Shown here in pieces: positions 51,096-64,000 of a stretch of DNA of 64,000 nt; the first letter of the stretch is position 1; the number at the start of each line of letters is the position of its first letter. The position numbers and the translations under genes were made by a program. Source of the DNA: Narcine bancroftii (Eukaryota); contig NC_091472.1 in the NCBI RefSeq assembly GCF_036971445.1, positions 2,914,001 through 2,978,000 on the forward strand. Reading direction: 5' to 3'. The notes beneath the pieces were generated by a model that was not told the DNA's origin, ran no database searches, and saw only the letters and a program-made list of their open reading frames with translations.

Positions 51096-52539
51096 TTATT
51101 GATTAATCAGGATTCATATTTTTAAAGAAGACATTATGAACTTCAATCACAGAAATGATGCCATGTTTCATGGGATGAGACATTTCAGAGAAACATATTA
51201 CTGACCGAGAGGCATTTTGAAACCAGAGAAGTTGACCATCCTGTGGGGAAGACAGAATTGAAGATACAGTAGCAAGAACAGGTACTGTTACATGATATTC
51301 CTGGTCAGAGGAGAACACAGAATAAGTGGCTATTGAAGGAGGAAGATCATTACTGATCTTTCCCTTAAAGTGCAGCCTTGTTATGTCCATGGAAATGATC
51401 ATTTTTGATTAAGAAAGAAAAAGTAATCTTGCATCTGAAATGTAACCACCTTGACTCTGTCGGACCTTGCCTGGACTTGTGAAATCACTGGGGAAGAAAA
51501 TAGCCACTTCACTGTCTCTTTGAAAAGAGGACAGATACATCGTGTGGAATAGAGATTCTAAAACCTCCATGCAATAAAGGTAAAATCATTCGTATGAAGA
51601 AACATTGTTCCAAACACCACTCTACAAGAAATTTCTGAGATTTAAAGAGATGCTTCAAATATTTCACCAATTGCTTTTGATCAACAATTGAAATAAATCT
51701 GATGCCTCACATTTACTCTGTGTTTGCTTTTAAACAGCAGGAAAAAATGTTTAAGCTTCCACACAAAAGCTTTCTGAGACTGAACTTTCAAATGATCTCT
51801 TCAGAATTAAGCTTGAACTGCAATGATTTGAGTGTTTCCAGCCACGCGCACACGCATTTGCACATAGTGTGGTGAAATTAGAGTTTAGTGAGACATTTTA
51901 TGTAATTAATAATTAATAATAAACATTGTTGGTTTTGAAAATACCATTTTCTGTGGTAAATTATATTGTTGCTGATTTAGTTCGGAAAATGTTAACCAGA
52001 ATATGATTCTGACTCTCTGCTTCCTGCCAATCAGCCAATGCTCCACCCACACCAGTATGTTTCCCGTGGTAGTGGGGACTCACTCATCTCCCCTTGCAAC
52101 TCCCACAAACCCCTGGGCCTGGTGGCCATTCAAAATGACCCCTTTATCACAGGGGCATAGTCAGGTTCTAATGTTGGGGAGAGCGTAGAAGATGATGAGC
52201 CAGTAGTTGAATGCTGAGGCCCCACTGATTTTTCAGCGGTGGGTGTGGGGGGAGGATAAAGCACCACTTTTGAAAAATGTGATCGGGGGAACAGTCATAC
52301 CCTGTGCCCCCCACCAGCTTTATCCCCAGCTCGATTACCTGTGAATTAGATCTCTCTCTATGCTGATCCATTACCTCCAAAACCATGAGGTGTCAGCTTG
52401 AGGAGCGACCTTTATAGAAGAAAGGATCATCCATGAAAATCCCAATCGGTTCCATCCATTGGGTCCCCAATATCCACTCTACTTTTTAGTTTATAGATGT
52501 ACAGCACAGTAACAGGCCCTTCCAGCCCATGAGCCCAAT

Positions 52540-54607
52540 TTAACATAACATAACAAAACAATTACAGCACGGAAACAGGCCATTAGGCCCTTCTAGTCTG
52601 CACCGAACCAAACACCCCTTTCTAGTCCCACCTCCCTGCACAATGCCCATAACCCTCCATCTTCTTCTCATCCATATACCTGTCCAACCTTTTCTTAAAT
52701 AATACAATTGACTCCGCCGCCACTATTTCTCCTGGAAGATCATTCCACACAGCTACCACTCTCTGAGTAAAGAAGTTCCCCCTCATGTTACCTCTAAACC
52801 TCTGCCCCTTAATTCTTAACTCATGTCCTCTTGTTTTAATCTTTCCTCCTCTTAACGGAAATAGTCTATCCACATCCATTCTGTCTATCCCTTTCATAAT
52901 CCTAAATACTTCTATCAAATCCCCTCTCAACCTTCTACACTCCAAAGAATAAAGACCCAATCTGTCCAATCTCTCCCCATACTCCAGATGCTTAAACCCA
53001 GGCAACATTCTGGTAAACCTTCTCTGCACTCTCTCCACTCTGTTTATATCCTTCCTATAATTAGGCGACCAGAACTGCACACAGAACTCCAAATTAGGCC
53101 GCACCAACGTCTTATACAATCTCAACATCACCTCCCAACTCCTATATTCCATGCAATGATTGATAAAGGCCAGCATACTAAAAGCCTTCTTCACCACCCT
53201 ATTCACATGAGTTTCTACCTTCAGGGAACGATGTACCGTCACTCCTAAATCTTTCTGCTCTTCTGTATTCCTCAATGCTCTCCCATTTACCACGTATGTC
53301 CTATTCTGATTCTTCTTACCAAAATGAAGCACCTCACACTTATCAGCATTAAATTCCATCTGCCATTTTTCAGCCCACTTTTCTAAGCAGCCCAAATCCC
53401 TCTGCAATCCTAGAAAACCTTCTTCATTATCCACTATTCCACCTATCTTAGTATCGTCTGCATATTTACTAATCCAATTCACCACCCCATCATCTAGATC
53501 ATTAATGTATATAACGAACAACAATGGGCCCAATACAGATCCTTGAGGCACACCACTGGTCACCGGCCTCCAACCTGACAGACAATTATCCACTACCACT
53601 CTCTGGCCTCTCCCTTTCAGCCAATGTTCAATCCATTTGACTATCTCAAAATTTATACCTAAAGACTGCACCTTCCTAACTAACCTTCCATGTGGTACCT
53701 TATCGAAGGCCTTACTGAAGTCCATATAGACAACATCCACTGCGCTACCCTCATCCACATTCCTAGTCACCTCTTCAAAAAATTCAATCAGATTGGTCAA
53801 ACATGACCTTCCTCCCACAAATCCATGTTGAGTGCTCCTGATCAGACCCTGTCTATCCAGATGTTTATAAGTACTATCTCTAAGAATTTTCTCCATTAAT
53901 TTACCTACCACAGACGTCAAACTTACAGGCCGATACTTGCCAGGCTTCCTCCTTGAACCCTTTTTAAATAACGGAACCACATGCGCAATGCGCCAATCCT
54001 CCGGCACTATCCCCATATCTAATGACATTTGAAAAATTACCGCCAGAGCCTCTGCTATTTCCTCCTTCACTTCTCTCAATGTCCTGGGGAAGATCCCGTC
54101 TGGTCCCGGAGACTTATCCACCTTTATATTCTTCAAAAGCCTTAAAACTACACCTTTTGTAATCTCTATATTCCCCATATTTACCCAATTTGCTTTTTTT
54201 ATCCCACATCTCCCAATATCCTTCTCCTTAGTGAATACCGAAGAAAAGAAACTGTTCAATATCTCCCCCATTTCTCTAGGCTCCACACACAGTTTTCCAC
54301 TCTGATTTTCTAAGGGACCAATTTTGTCTCTAGCTTTCCTCTTATCATTAACATATTTGTAGAACTCTTTTGGATTAGTTTTCACCCTGCTTGCCATAGT
54401 TTTCTCGTACCTTCTTTTAGCTTTCCTAATTCCTCTCTTAAGATTCCTCTTACATTCAATGTATGTTTCAAACATCTCCTTAACTCCATGCTTCTTATAT
54501 CTAATGTACGCCTCCCTTTTTCTTCGAACCAAGTTTCCAATATTCCTTGAAAACCATGGCTCTCTCCAACCTTTTGCCCCTCCTTTTAACCTAACAGGAA
54601 CATAAAG
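52540..54607 (-). mobile_element. Young CR1 LINE, 5'-truncated, open RT frame; sister of 21356-24775
   Basis: 665-aa ORF differs from the 21.4-24.8 kb copy at only a few residues; (CATAA)n tail at ~52540. Confidence 0.95.
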
Positions 54608-57289
54608 TTTTACATCCAATTAACCTTCACCCAGGTACACTTTGAAGAGTGGGAGGAAACCGGAGTCCCTGGGGAAAACCCACGTAGGCACTATTAACTT
54701 AACTAACCTAACTTCACCCCGTTCTAATTCTAAGCGCATGTGTGTGTAATGTGTGTAAGTTTAGAAAAGTTATTTGGTTCACAGTCCAATCTCACTTCTC
54801 ATTCTTCCAAGTTCACTGGTTGCAGGCCATTCTTAGACTGTGCACAGAATTTAATATTTATAAAGTTCACCAGGTTTTGGTGCTTGAAAGGTAAATGGTT
54901 ACCACTCAGGGAGGTTCTTGTCGGTTTTCAGAGAGAAATTTTTTGTTCCAGGACACAAAATGATCCTTCTAATCAGCCACTTCAGTGTCTTGCCAAAGAA
55001 ACTTGCCCCATCAGGTTCTCCAGATGATAACCTCTTTCTTACAGGTCATTACAGAGTTCCTTTTTGTTTCCCTTATTCCAGGTGAACTGCAAGGGTTTTG
55101 ACCAGGCTGAACTAACCACTCACAACCCGTCTTCCAAATGGGGCTTGTCCACAAGCTTGTCAGCTTGTCCTGTTCCAGTCCCAGCTGCTGCTGCTGGCTG
55201 TAAAACTGCAGATCTGAATTCCCTCTCTCTTTCTCTCACTCTCTCTTTCAGAGAAAAAGTCTGTCTTTCTCTCTCTGTCTTCAAAACCACTTGACCTTCT
55301 GAGAACAGCAAGTTCCCCTCCAGACAGCCTGCGGCTCTGACAAGTTCTTTCGTCTGTTGCCTTTTTGTAAACAACAATCCATTAGTGAAGTCTCTTGGAC
55401 ACTCTCCAAAGCTTTAGTAAAGGCTCACGGCGCCAGCCTGTCTAGCATGAGCAGAGCTCCAGTATTTTAATTAAGATCTGTTTTAAAGTGTTTGTATATG
55501 ACCTGCACTAAAAACCTGCCCCAATTTATCTCCCAAAAACATATCTATAATCTCCCACATTATCAAGAAAGGAAAATAAATCCAGGTACTTCAAGATGCC
55601 TCAAGAGAAGGTCAAGTTGGAAAAGTTCTGATGTGAGAAACTCATTTGTCTCAGAAGATCAGCAGCTGGGATGTATTTGGAGACCGTGGTTATCAATTCA
55701 GGGAACGCTGAGATGATCTGGTGCGAAATTGTGGATTGATGAACTCCAGTCGGATTCTTCACCCAAATATTGTTGCCAGAACGTGAGGGGAGAACAAACA
55801 CTTCTTGCTCGGGATGAAAATCAACGTCTGTCAGAGACGGTCAGGGGTTCAGCATTGCAGGAGCTCACAGGAACGCCTCTCTGGCACCTCAGGGGGCTCC
55901 TCCAGGCACCTCCTTGTCGCCGATTTGGTGAGCTCCTGCACCTAAAAGATTAGCCCTGCATCCCTGGAGATGATTGAGAGAGAATAAGTGACTCAGGAGA
56001 TCTAGACCAGCCTCTCTCAACGGGGCCACTGCAGTCCTCCAGAGAGCCCCAGCACACAGAAGGCAACATCTGGATTTCTTTTCACCTCTCCTAACATCAA
56101 TATTTTGGATGGAGTCGGTCAGGAGGAAGCAGAACTTGACTGTTTCACAGGGATGGGAAGCGCATCGACTTTCTTCAGCAGAACCCTTGGGGAGGCCATA
56201 GCTGATAAATAAGGTTGAGAGGCTGGTCTAGACCCTACTTCAAGGACTGAGATGTCCTCAAAGTGCTATGTAGGAGGTTTTAATACAGCAAACTTTCTCC
56301 CTAACTGTAAAATGCAAAGAATTGATTTTGACAACAAAATCTGTGTTTGAATAATAAAATATCAAGGATTTGTACATCATTTGTTAGTTAACGAGTCTTG
56401 GTGTTGAGGGAAGACCAGATTGTGCAATGCTCTCCATTCACTGAACACGTCCATATTTCATCACAGTACAGGCCCTTCTGCCCATAGTGCTGTGTTGACC
56501 CAATAACCTACTCGAACAAGTGCTAAGAAGTTCCCTCCTGCATGACCCCCCATTTTTCTCAGTTCCATGACCCTGTCTGAAAATCCCCTCGGTCCCTATT
56601 GTCCCTGCCTCTCCTGCCATTGCTGGCAGCACATTTCATGCACCCACCACTCTCTGTGTGTAAAACCTGCCTCTTCCATCCCCCCTTTACTTTCTTCCAA
56701 CCACCTTATGTTGGCCATTTATGCCCCAGGGAACAGCCTCTGGGCACACAATCAATGCGTCCCACCATCTTGTACAACCACTCTCAGGTCACCCCCTCAC
56801 CCCCGGTCACTCCCAGGAGAAAAGAGCCCCGTTCACTCAATGAAAGTGGTGACCATAAGACCATGAGATGCAGGAGCAGAAGTGAACCATTCAGCCCATC
56901 AGTTCGTTCCATCCTGAGTTGATCCACTCTCCCGCTCAGACCCACTCCCCTGCCTTCTCCCCATTACCGCACGGTTGGTGTAGCGATCGGGACATGGTTC
57001 AAATCCTGCGCTGTCTGTAAGAAGTTTTCCTCAGGGGTTGCAGTTTCCTCCCACCGTTCAAAAATTTACTAGGGGTGTAGGGTGTCATAAGCTCGTGGGC
57101 CGAGATGACCTGTAACCACGTTGTATATCTAAATTTTTTAAAAATCATAATCTCTGATGACCCCACTGGGTTTTTTCTATTTTATTTCTAACTTTTCAGA
57201 ATCAAACACTTTCCATGTTCAAATATATATACATTTATTTATAGCCACGGACAAAATCAACCGCCAGGTTCAAGTCAACCCCGCCAACC

Positions 57290-57470
57290 CTCCACTCCTC
57301 CCCTCCCCATCACACCTCCCCCTCCTCCTCACACAACCCCCTCCCCCTCACTCCACCCCCTCCCCCTCACACAACCCCCTCCCCCTCACTCCAACCCCCC
57401 CCTCACACCTCCCCCTCCTCCTCACACAACCCCCTCCCCCTCACTCCACCCCCTCCCCCTCACACCTCAC
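57290..57470. repeat. C-rich low-complexity tandem repeat
   Basis: Repeated CCCTCACACAACCCCCTCCCCCTCACTCC blocks. Confidence 0.8.
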
Positions 57471-57502
57471 CTGCAGGACAGCTTATCCAATTAGGGAGAG
57501 AT

Positions 57503-58520
57503 CCACATCCACCCACCCCACCCACATCCACCCACCCCACCCACATCCGCCCTCCCCACCCACATCCACCCACCCCACCCACATCCGCCCTCCCCACCCA
57601 CATCCGCCCTCCCCACCCACATCCGCCCACCCCACCCACATCCGCCCACCCCACCCACATCCGCCCTCCCCACCCACATCTGCCCACCCCACCCACATCC
57701 GCCCACCCCACCCACCACTGCCCACCGCACCCACATCCACCCACCCCACCCACATCCGCCCACCCCACCCACATCCGCCCTCCCCACCCACATCCGCCCT
57801 CCCCACCCACATCCGCCCACCCCACCCACATCCGCCCACCCCACCCACATCCGCCCTCCCCACCCACATCTGCCCACCCCACCCACATCCGCCCACCCCA
57901 CCCACCACTGCCCACCGCACCCACATCCACCCACCCCACCCACATCCGCCCACCCCACCCACCACTGCCCACCCCACCCACCACTGCCCACCGCACCCAC
58001 ATCCGCCCACCCCACCCACATCCGCCCACCCCACCCACATCCATCCACCCCACCCACATCTGCCCACCCCACCCACATCCGCCCACCCCACCCACATCCG
58101 CCCACCCCACCCACATCCACCCACCCCACCCACATCTGCCCACCACACCCACCACTGCCCACCCCACCCACCACTGCCCACCGCACCCACATCCGCCCAC
58201 CCCACCCACATCCGCCCACCCCACCCACATCCATCCACCCCACCCACATCTGCCCACCCCACCCACATCCGCCCACCCCACCCACATCCGCCCACCCCAC
58301 CCACATCCACCCACCCCACCCACATCTGCCCACCACACCCACATCCGCCCACCCCATCCATATCCGCCCACCGCACCCACATCCGCCCACCCCACCTACA
58401 TCCGCCCACCCAACCCACATCCGCCCACCCCACCCACATCCGCCCACCCCACCCACATCCGCCCACCCCACCCACATCCGCCCACCCCACCCACATCTGC
58501 CCACCTCACCCACATCCGCC
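57503..58520. repeat. 19-bp C-rich/G-rich minisatellite, about 53 copies
   Basis: Unit CCACCCACATCCGCCCACC with variants; accounts for the long Pro/His and Gly/Trp ORFs. Confidence 0.95.
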
Positions 58521-59449
58521 CCGGCTGTCAATTGTGGAATGGTGATGGAGATCCCCAGGGGGCTGGGAATTATGACAAGGGTAGATGACAGGAGGAGATC
58601 ATGGGTCGGGATGGGAAGGAATGGGGGATACCTTCACCATTCCCTCCCCCCTCCCTCACCACTCCTCATCACCCTTCCTCTCTCTCCCCAACACCCACTC
58701 CGTCCCTCACCCTTCCCTCCCATAATCCTCCCTCTCCCTCCCCACTCCACCTCACTCCTCAGCACCCTCCACCTGTTCACCCCAGCAGTAGGTGCTGCTC
58801 CTTGGGGTCACACTTGGGTGCTGGGCTGTTGACCTCTCTAGCATGGGGATAACAGCATGTGCGGAGCCACTGAACGTCCAATCCATTCTGCCCATCGACT
58901 GTGGACTGGCAATGATCAGGAACGGTGGGAAGATTCTGTTGGCAGGAACCTTGCCCTCCTGCTGGGTGTCAGGGAGACAAGGTGTCAGGGAGACAAGTGC
59001 TCAGGTTGGGGCTGGATGGGAGCTCGGTGGCACTGGAACCCCTGGGTGCTGCCTGCATTGGCTAACAGGAGATGACAGTGGACCATCCACTCCTTGCGCT
59101 CTGCTCCATGATCCGAGCAGGGTCCTGGCAAAAAACCAGCTCCACAAGGGTCTCTCCCCTCAGTCTTGGTGCAGAGTCTCAACCCCAAAACTTTGACAAT
59201 TCATTTCACCCCACACAGATTCAGTTCGGTGTGATGTTCCTCCACCAGGCTGCACCCTGTATTTACCACTGGTTCCATTCAACTCAGGCTTTGCACGCAC
59301 CACAGCCTCAGCACATGGTGAGGGGTCATCAGTCTGCTCCAAGCTCTGGAAACAAAAGGGATATAATGAGTAGCAGAGCCTCACACTGGGGAACTCCAGC
59401 CACAGATGCCCAGTAGCGTCCTGTCCCTCACCATGCGGTCAGGCATTAA

Positions 59450-59622
59450 ATGAAGCTCCCTCTACACCGTCCCATCACACAGTCCCGGGGTCAGGCACAG
59501 AGTGAAGCTTCCTCGCACCGTCCCATCACACACTCCCGGGGTCAGACACATAGTGAAGCTCCCTCGCACTGTCCCATCACACACTCTCGGGGACAGACAC
59601 AGAGTGAAGCCCCCTCTATACC
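59450..59622. repeat. 51-52-bp tandem repeat, about 3.3 copies
   Basis: GTGAAGCTCCCTC..CACCGTCCCATCACACACTCCCGGGGTCAGACACAGA; unit starts at 59451, 59503, 59554 and 59605. Confidence 0.85.
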
Positions 59623-60285
59623 ATCGCATCTCACTGGCATATTAACATATTACTGTCTTGAAAAGTCTGAGGAAATTCGGCATGTTGTCAGTTACTCTAT
59701 CAAACCTCTACAGGTGTCCTGTGGAAGGTACACTCTTGCGCGATCAATAATTACAAGCAGACACACAGCAAGTGATTAAAGGCTTTAATATTCTAAATCC
59801 TTCAGCACATAACTGCAAGGTTGGAAAATTGAGGGAGGAGACTAGGGCGCTCAATATTTATTGGGAAACTATGGGGAGGAGTTATCAGGTTGGAGGTGGG
59901 CCAGCCTGACCAATCCAGTGAGGACCTCACCTGCATTAATTTGTTCTACCCCGTACTCTGACTGGTTGCATCACAGCCTGGTTTGAGAATTTGAATGGCC
60001 AGGAATGCAGAAGGTTACAAACACAGCCAGGTCCATCACAGGCTCCGACCTTCCACCCACTGCAGACATCTATGTGAGGCGCTGCCTCAAGAAGGCAGTC
60101 GACATCATCAAGGAGCCCCGTCACTGTGGTCACAACCTCTTCTCACTGCTCCCTTCAGGCCCCTCTATATTGAAGAGTTCAGACTCTTAAACCTCCCCTT
60201 TCTACCCTAACCCTAACTCCGGAAAATGAGTGTGTGTCTGCGAGTTTTGCACCAAGGACCAGCGATCACTGTTTCGTCGGGTTGT

Positions 60286-61965
60286 CTTCTTTCTTTCTTT
60301 CTTCTTCTTCTTTGGCTTGGCTTCGCGGACGAAGATTTATGGAGGGGGTAAAAAGTCCACATCAGCTGCAGGCTCGTTTGTGGCTGACAAGTCCGATGCG
60401 GGACAGGCAGACACGATTGCAGCGGTTGCAGGGGAAAATTGGTTGGTTGGGGTTGGGTGTTGGGTTTTTCCTCCTTTGCCTTTTGTCAGTGAGGTGGGCT
60501 CTGCGGTCTTCTTCAAAGGAGGTTTTTGCCCGCCAAACTGTGAGGCGCCAAGATGCACGGTTTGAGGCGTTATCAGCCCACTGGCGGTGGTCAATGTGGC
60601 AGGCACCAAGAGATTTCTTTAGGCAGTCCTTGTACCTTTTCTTTGGTGCACCTCTGTCACGGTGGCCAGTGGAGAGCTCGCCATATAACACGATCTTGGG
60701 AAGGCGATGGTCCTCCATTCTGGAGACGTGACCCATCTAGCGCAGCTGGATCTTCAGCAGCGTGGACTCAATGCTGTCGACCTCTGCCATCTCGAGTACT
60801 TCGACGTTAGGGATGTAAGCGCTCCAATGGATGTTGAGGATGGAGCAGAGACAACGCTGGTGGAAGCGTTCTAAGAGCCGTAGGTGGTGCCGGTAGAGGA
60901 CCCATGATTCAGAGCCGAACAGGAGTGTGAGTATGACAACGGCTCTGTATACGCTTATCTTTGTGAGGTTTTTCAGTTGGTTGTTTTTCCAGACTCTTTT
61001 GTGTAGTCTTCCAAAGGTGCTATTTGCCTTGGCGAGTCTGTTGTCTATCTCATTGTCGATCCTTGCATCTGATGAAATGGTGCAGCCGAGATAGGTAAAC
61101 TGGTGGACCGTTTTGAGTTTTGTGTGCCCGATGGAGATGTGGGGGGGCTGGTAGTCATGGTGGGGAGCTGGCTGATGGAGGACCTCAGTTTTCTTCAGGC
61201 TGACTTCCAGGCCAAACATTTTGGCAGTTTCCGCAAAGCAGGACGTCAAGCGCTGAAGAGCTGGCTCTGAATGGGCAACTAAAGCGGCATCGTCTGCAAA
61301 GAGTAGTTCACGGACAAGTTTCTCTTGTGTCTTGGTGTGAGCTTGCAGGCGCCTCAGATTGAAGAGACTGCCATCCGTGCGGTACCGGATGTAAACAGTG
61401 TCTTCATTGTTGGGGTCTTTCATGGCTTGGTTCAGCATCATGCTGAAGAAGATTGAAAAGAGGGTTGGTGCGAGAACACAGCCTTGCTTCACGCCATTGT
61501 TAATGGAGAAGGGTTCAGAGAGCTCATTGCTGTATCTGACCCGACCTTGTTGGTTTTCGTGCAGTTGGATAATCATGTTGAGGAACTTTGGGGGACATCC
61601 GATGCGTTCTAGTATTTGCCAAAGCCCTTTCCTGCTCACGGTGTCGAAGGCTTTGGTGAGGTAAACTGCCTCAGGATCTTCGTGATGCCACCATCATCAC
61701 CCTGTACAAAAACAAAGGCGAGAAATCAGACTGCTCAAACTACAGGGGAATCACGTTGCTCTCCATTGCAGGCAAAATCTTCGCTAGGATTCTACTAAAT
61801 AGAATAATACCTAGTGTCGCCGAGAATATTCTCCCAGAATCACTGTGCGGCTTTCGCGCAAACAGAGGAACTACTGACATGGTCTTTGCCCTCAGACAGC
61901 TCCAAGAAAAGTGCAGAGAACAAAACAAAGGACTCTACATCACCTTTGTTGACCTCACCATAGCC
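60286..61965 (-). mobile_element. RTE-clade LINE with 5' inversion and 13-bp TSD
   Basis: Minus part 60286-61662: LTKAFDTVSRKGLW...LLFADD...C-terminal CxxC, GAA-rich tail. Plus part ~61663-61969: NYRGITLLS...FVDLT. TSD TTCGTCGGGTTGT at 60273-60285 and 61966-61978. Confidence 0.92.
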
Positions 61966-62162
61966 TTCGTCGGGTTGTACATTAACGCTAATAAACTTGA
62001 CCTTGCATGACTGAAACTTTACTGATATATCTTGCACTGACTGCAGCCTTGAATATTTATCTATCTTACATTTAATATCCATTTTACTCTCTGGGCATAC
62101 TGTGGTAATTTAATGGTTAATTTTGTAGGTGGGGTTCCTTTAGTTCCTGTGTGGCCACAGTA

Positions 62163-62322
62163 NNNNNNNNNNNNNNNNNNNNNNNNNNNNNNNNNNNNNN
62201 NNNNNNNNNNNNNNNNNNNNNNNNNNNNNNNNNNNNNNNNNNNNNNNNNNNNNNNNNNNNNNNNNNNNNNNNNNNNNNNNNNNNNNNNNNNNNNNNNNNN
62301 NNNNNNNNNNNNNNNNNNNNNN
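62163..62322. other. Assembly gap (160 N)
   Basis: Run of N. Confidence 1.
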
Positions 62323-62379
62323 CACACCACTTCTACAGCCTGTTGAGGAGTCCTGCTAAGGTTTCACCTCCAACTGAGT

Positions 62380-63624
62380 TGTGAGAGATGAGTAAAACTG
62401 ATATAAAAATATAAAGATGAGGAAACTAGTATAGATATATTTGTAATTGTTACAAACAGAAGTTCCTTCTCAGATTTCGCTCGAGACAAAAATTGAGAAC
62501 AAAGAACGTTTATTATACAACAATGCAAAGTTGGGTGCTTCCCCTTACCCTGGGAATACACACATACACTGGGGCTCACCCAACTTTTATACAGTTGATT
62601 TCAGTATAGAAATACCCTCCCCCTTACATTCTTCTGCCTCCTGGATGAGTTTGGCATTAGGCAATCCTGTCTGCCGACATGCTGTTTCTGTGAACTTGGA
62701 GGACCAGGGGGTATCCTGTCGGGGGTCCCATCATGTCATTATCCTCATTGTTCTTATTCACAAACCTGTCTTTGTTCTAATTTACACCTTCCCAACTCTC
62801 AGGGCTACAACCTCTTCATATGTAGAACTTGTACTGTCTAGGGCTTACTAATTACATATGCAAAACCTGCTAATTCTATCTAGGGCTAGAAGACCCTTAT
62901 CTCATTCAGACTAACTCTACTTCCTACATTCTATTATCTATTTCCTGTCCTTATCTCATTCATCCGGTGAACTCAAGGCTAGAAGATTCTTATCTTACTC
63001 AGACGGACTGCTTCCTACATTCTAATATCCATTTCTTATCCTGTTCATACTGGCTTTATTCATTTACCCATGTATCTATATTAGTTTCCCCATCTTCATA
63101 TTTTTATATCAGTTGTACTCATCTCTCACAATCCTCACTTTTCTTTTAGATCAGTGTTAACTGATCTCTTATATATTGAATAAAGCCAGTATGAATAGGA
63201 TAAGAATAGATATTAGAATGTAGAAGAGTTCGTCTGAATAAGATAAGGGTCTTCTAGCCCTAGATAGAATTAGCAAGTTCTGCATGTAAGAAGTTAGTCA
63301 GCCCTGAGAGTCGGGAAGGTGTGAATAAGGTCAATGACATGATGGGACCCCGACAGGATACCCCCTGGTCCTCCAAGTTCACAGAAACAGCAGGTAGGCA
63401 GACATGATTGCCTAATGCCAAACTCATCCAGGAGGCAGAAGAATGTAAGGGGGAGGGTACTTCTATACTGAAATCAACTGTATAAAAGTTGGGTGAGCCC
63501 CAGTGTACGTGTGTATTCCCAGGGTAATGGGAAGCACCCAACTTTGCATTGTTGTATAATAAATGTTCTTTGTTCTCAATTTTTGTCTCGAGCAATTTCT
63601 GTGAAGGTGCTTCTGTTTCTGACA
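62380..63624 (+). mobile_element. Solo LTR (TG...CA, 4-bp TSD GAGT) containing an inverted same-family LTR at 62448-63130
   Basis: GAGT|TGTGAGAG...CTGACA|GAGT; TATAAAA at 63481, AATAAA at 63558; the inner copy is its reverse complement. Confidence 0.8.
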
Positions 63625-64000
63625 GAGTGAAGAGGTTTGTTCTAATCTCACGCTGAGAACAAGAGCACAGAAACAGGCCCTTCAGTCCTTCTAATCTGTG
63701 ATTAACTATTATTCTGCCCAGTCCCACTGGCCTTCATGCAGTCCATACCCCTCCATACCCCCTCCCATCCATGTCTCTGCCCAAATTCTTCTTCAGTCTT
63801 AAAATTAAGCCCACATTCACCACTTCAGCTGGCAGCTCATTCCACTCTCTGGGTGAAGAAGTTCCCCTTGAACTGTTCCCCTTTCACCCTTAACCCACGT
63901 CTTCTCGTTTGTATCTCGCCCACCCTCAGTGGAAAACGTCTACCTATGTTTTGATAAGGGGTAGTCACAAATAAAAGGAGGGGTAGCTGAAGAGGAGCGG

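Noticed and set aside
48869-51990. Possible long LTR split by the CR1 at 49175-51095; similar LTR-like stretches at 360-884, 4351-4539 and 54700-55559
   Set aside because: Some ends are TG/CA-like, but I could not establish TSDs or a second copy.
57157-58545. 462-aa Pro/His-rich ORF and antisense Gly/Trp ORFs
   Set aside because: Artefacts of a stop-free 19-bp tandem repeat.
62447-63727. Two ORFs sharing a peptide (LETKIENKE...VSCRG) as duplicated genes
   Set aside because: They are the same antisense reading of the two inverted LTR copies.

Overview
Eukaryotic genomic DNA, most likely from a cartilaginous fish (shark or ray), inferred from abundant CR1 LINEs, HE1/V-SINE-like SINEs, and Rex1/Babar, RTE and Penelope elements. 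Most of the window is transposon-derived and most ORF-track entries are TE fragments or noise. Among the repeats I reconstructed one multi-exon + strand gene that the ORF track shows only in part. It has seven exons (1167-1511, 8694-9041, 14696-15040, 28147-28291, 32294-32337, 39373-39416, 47965-48081), all with AG/GT boundaries and compatible phases (1,1,1,2,1,0). They join into one open frame of about 462 aa; the leader exon is presumably upstream of the window. The product is a type I membrane immunoglobulin-superfamily receptor. It has three antigen-receptor-like V domains, each with a germline-joined J-like motif (GxG[T/S]xLxV) and no RSS, in an A-B-A' arrangement. These are followed by an uncharged TM, a juxtamembrane CxC, and an ~81-aa tail ending in an ITIM (IHYADV) and an ITSM (TEYAVI). 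It looks like a non-rearranging VJ-VJ-VJ inhibitory receptor that I cannot assign to a named gene. Secondary observations: two RTE copies with 5' inversions (one with a 13-bp TSD), a nearly intact young CR1 with an inverted sister copy, an LTR nested inverted within a same-family LTR, a 41-bp minisatellite next to the TM exon, and a 19-bp G-rich array.
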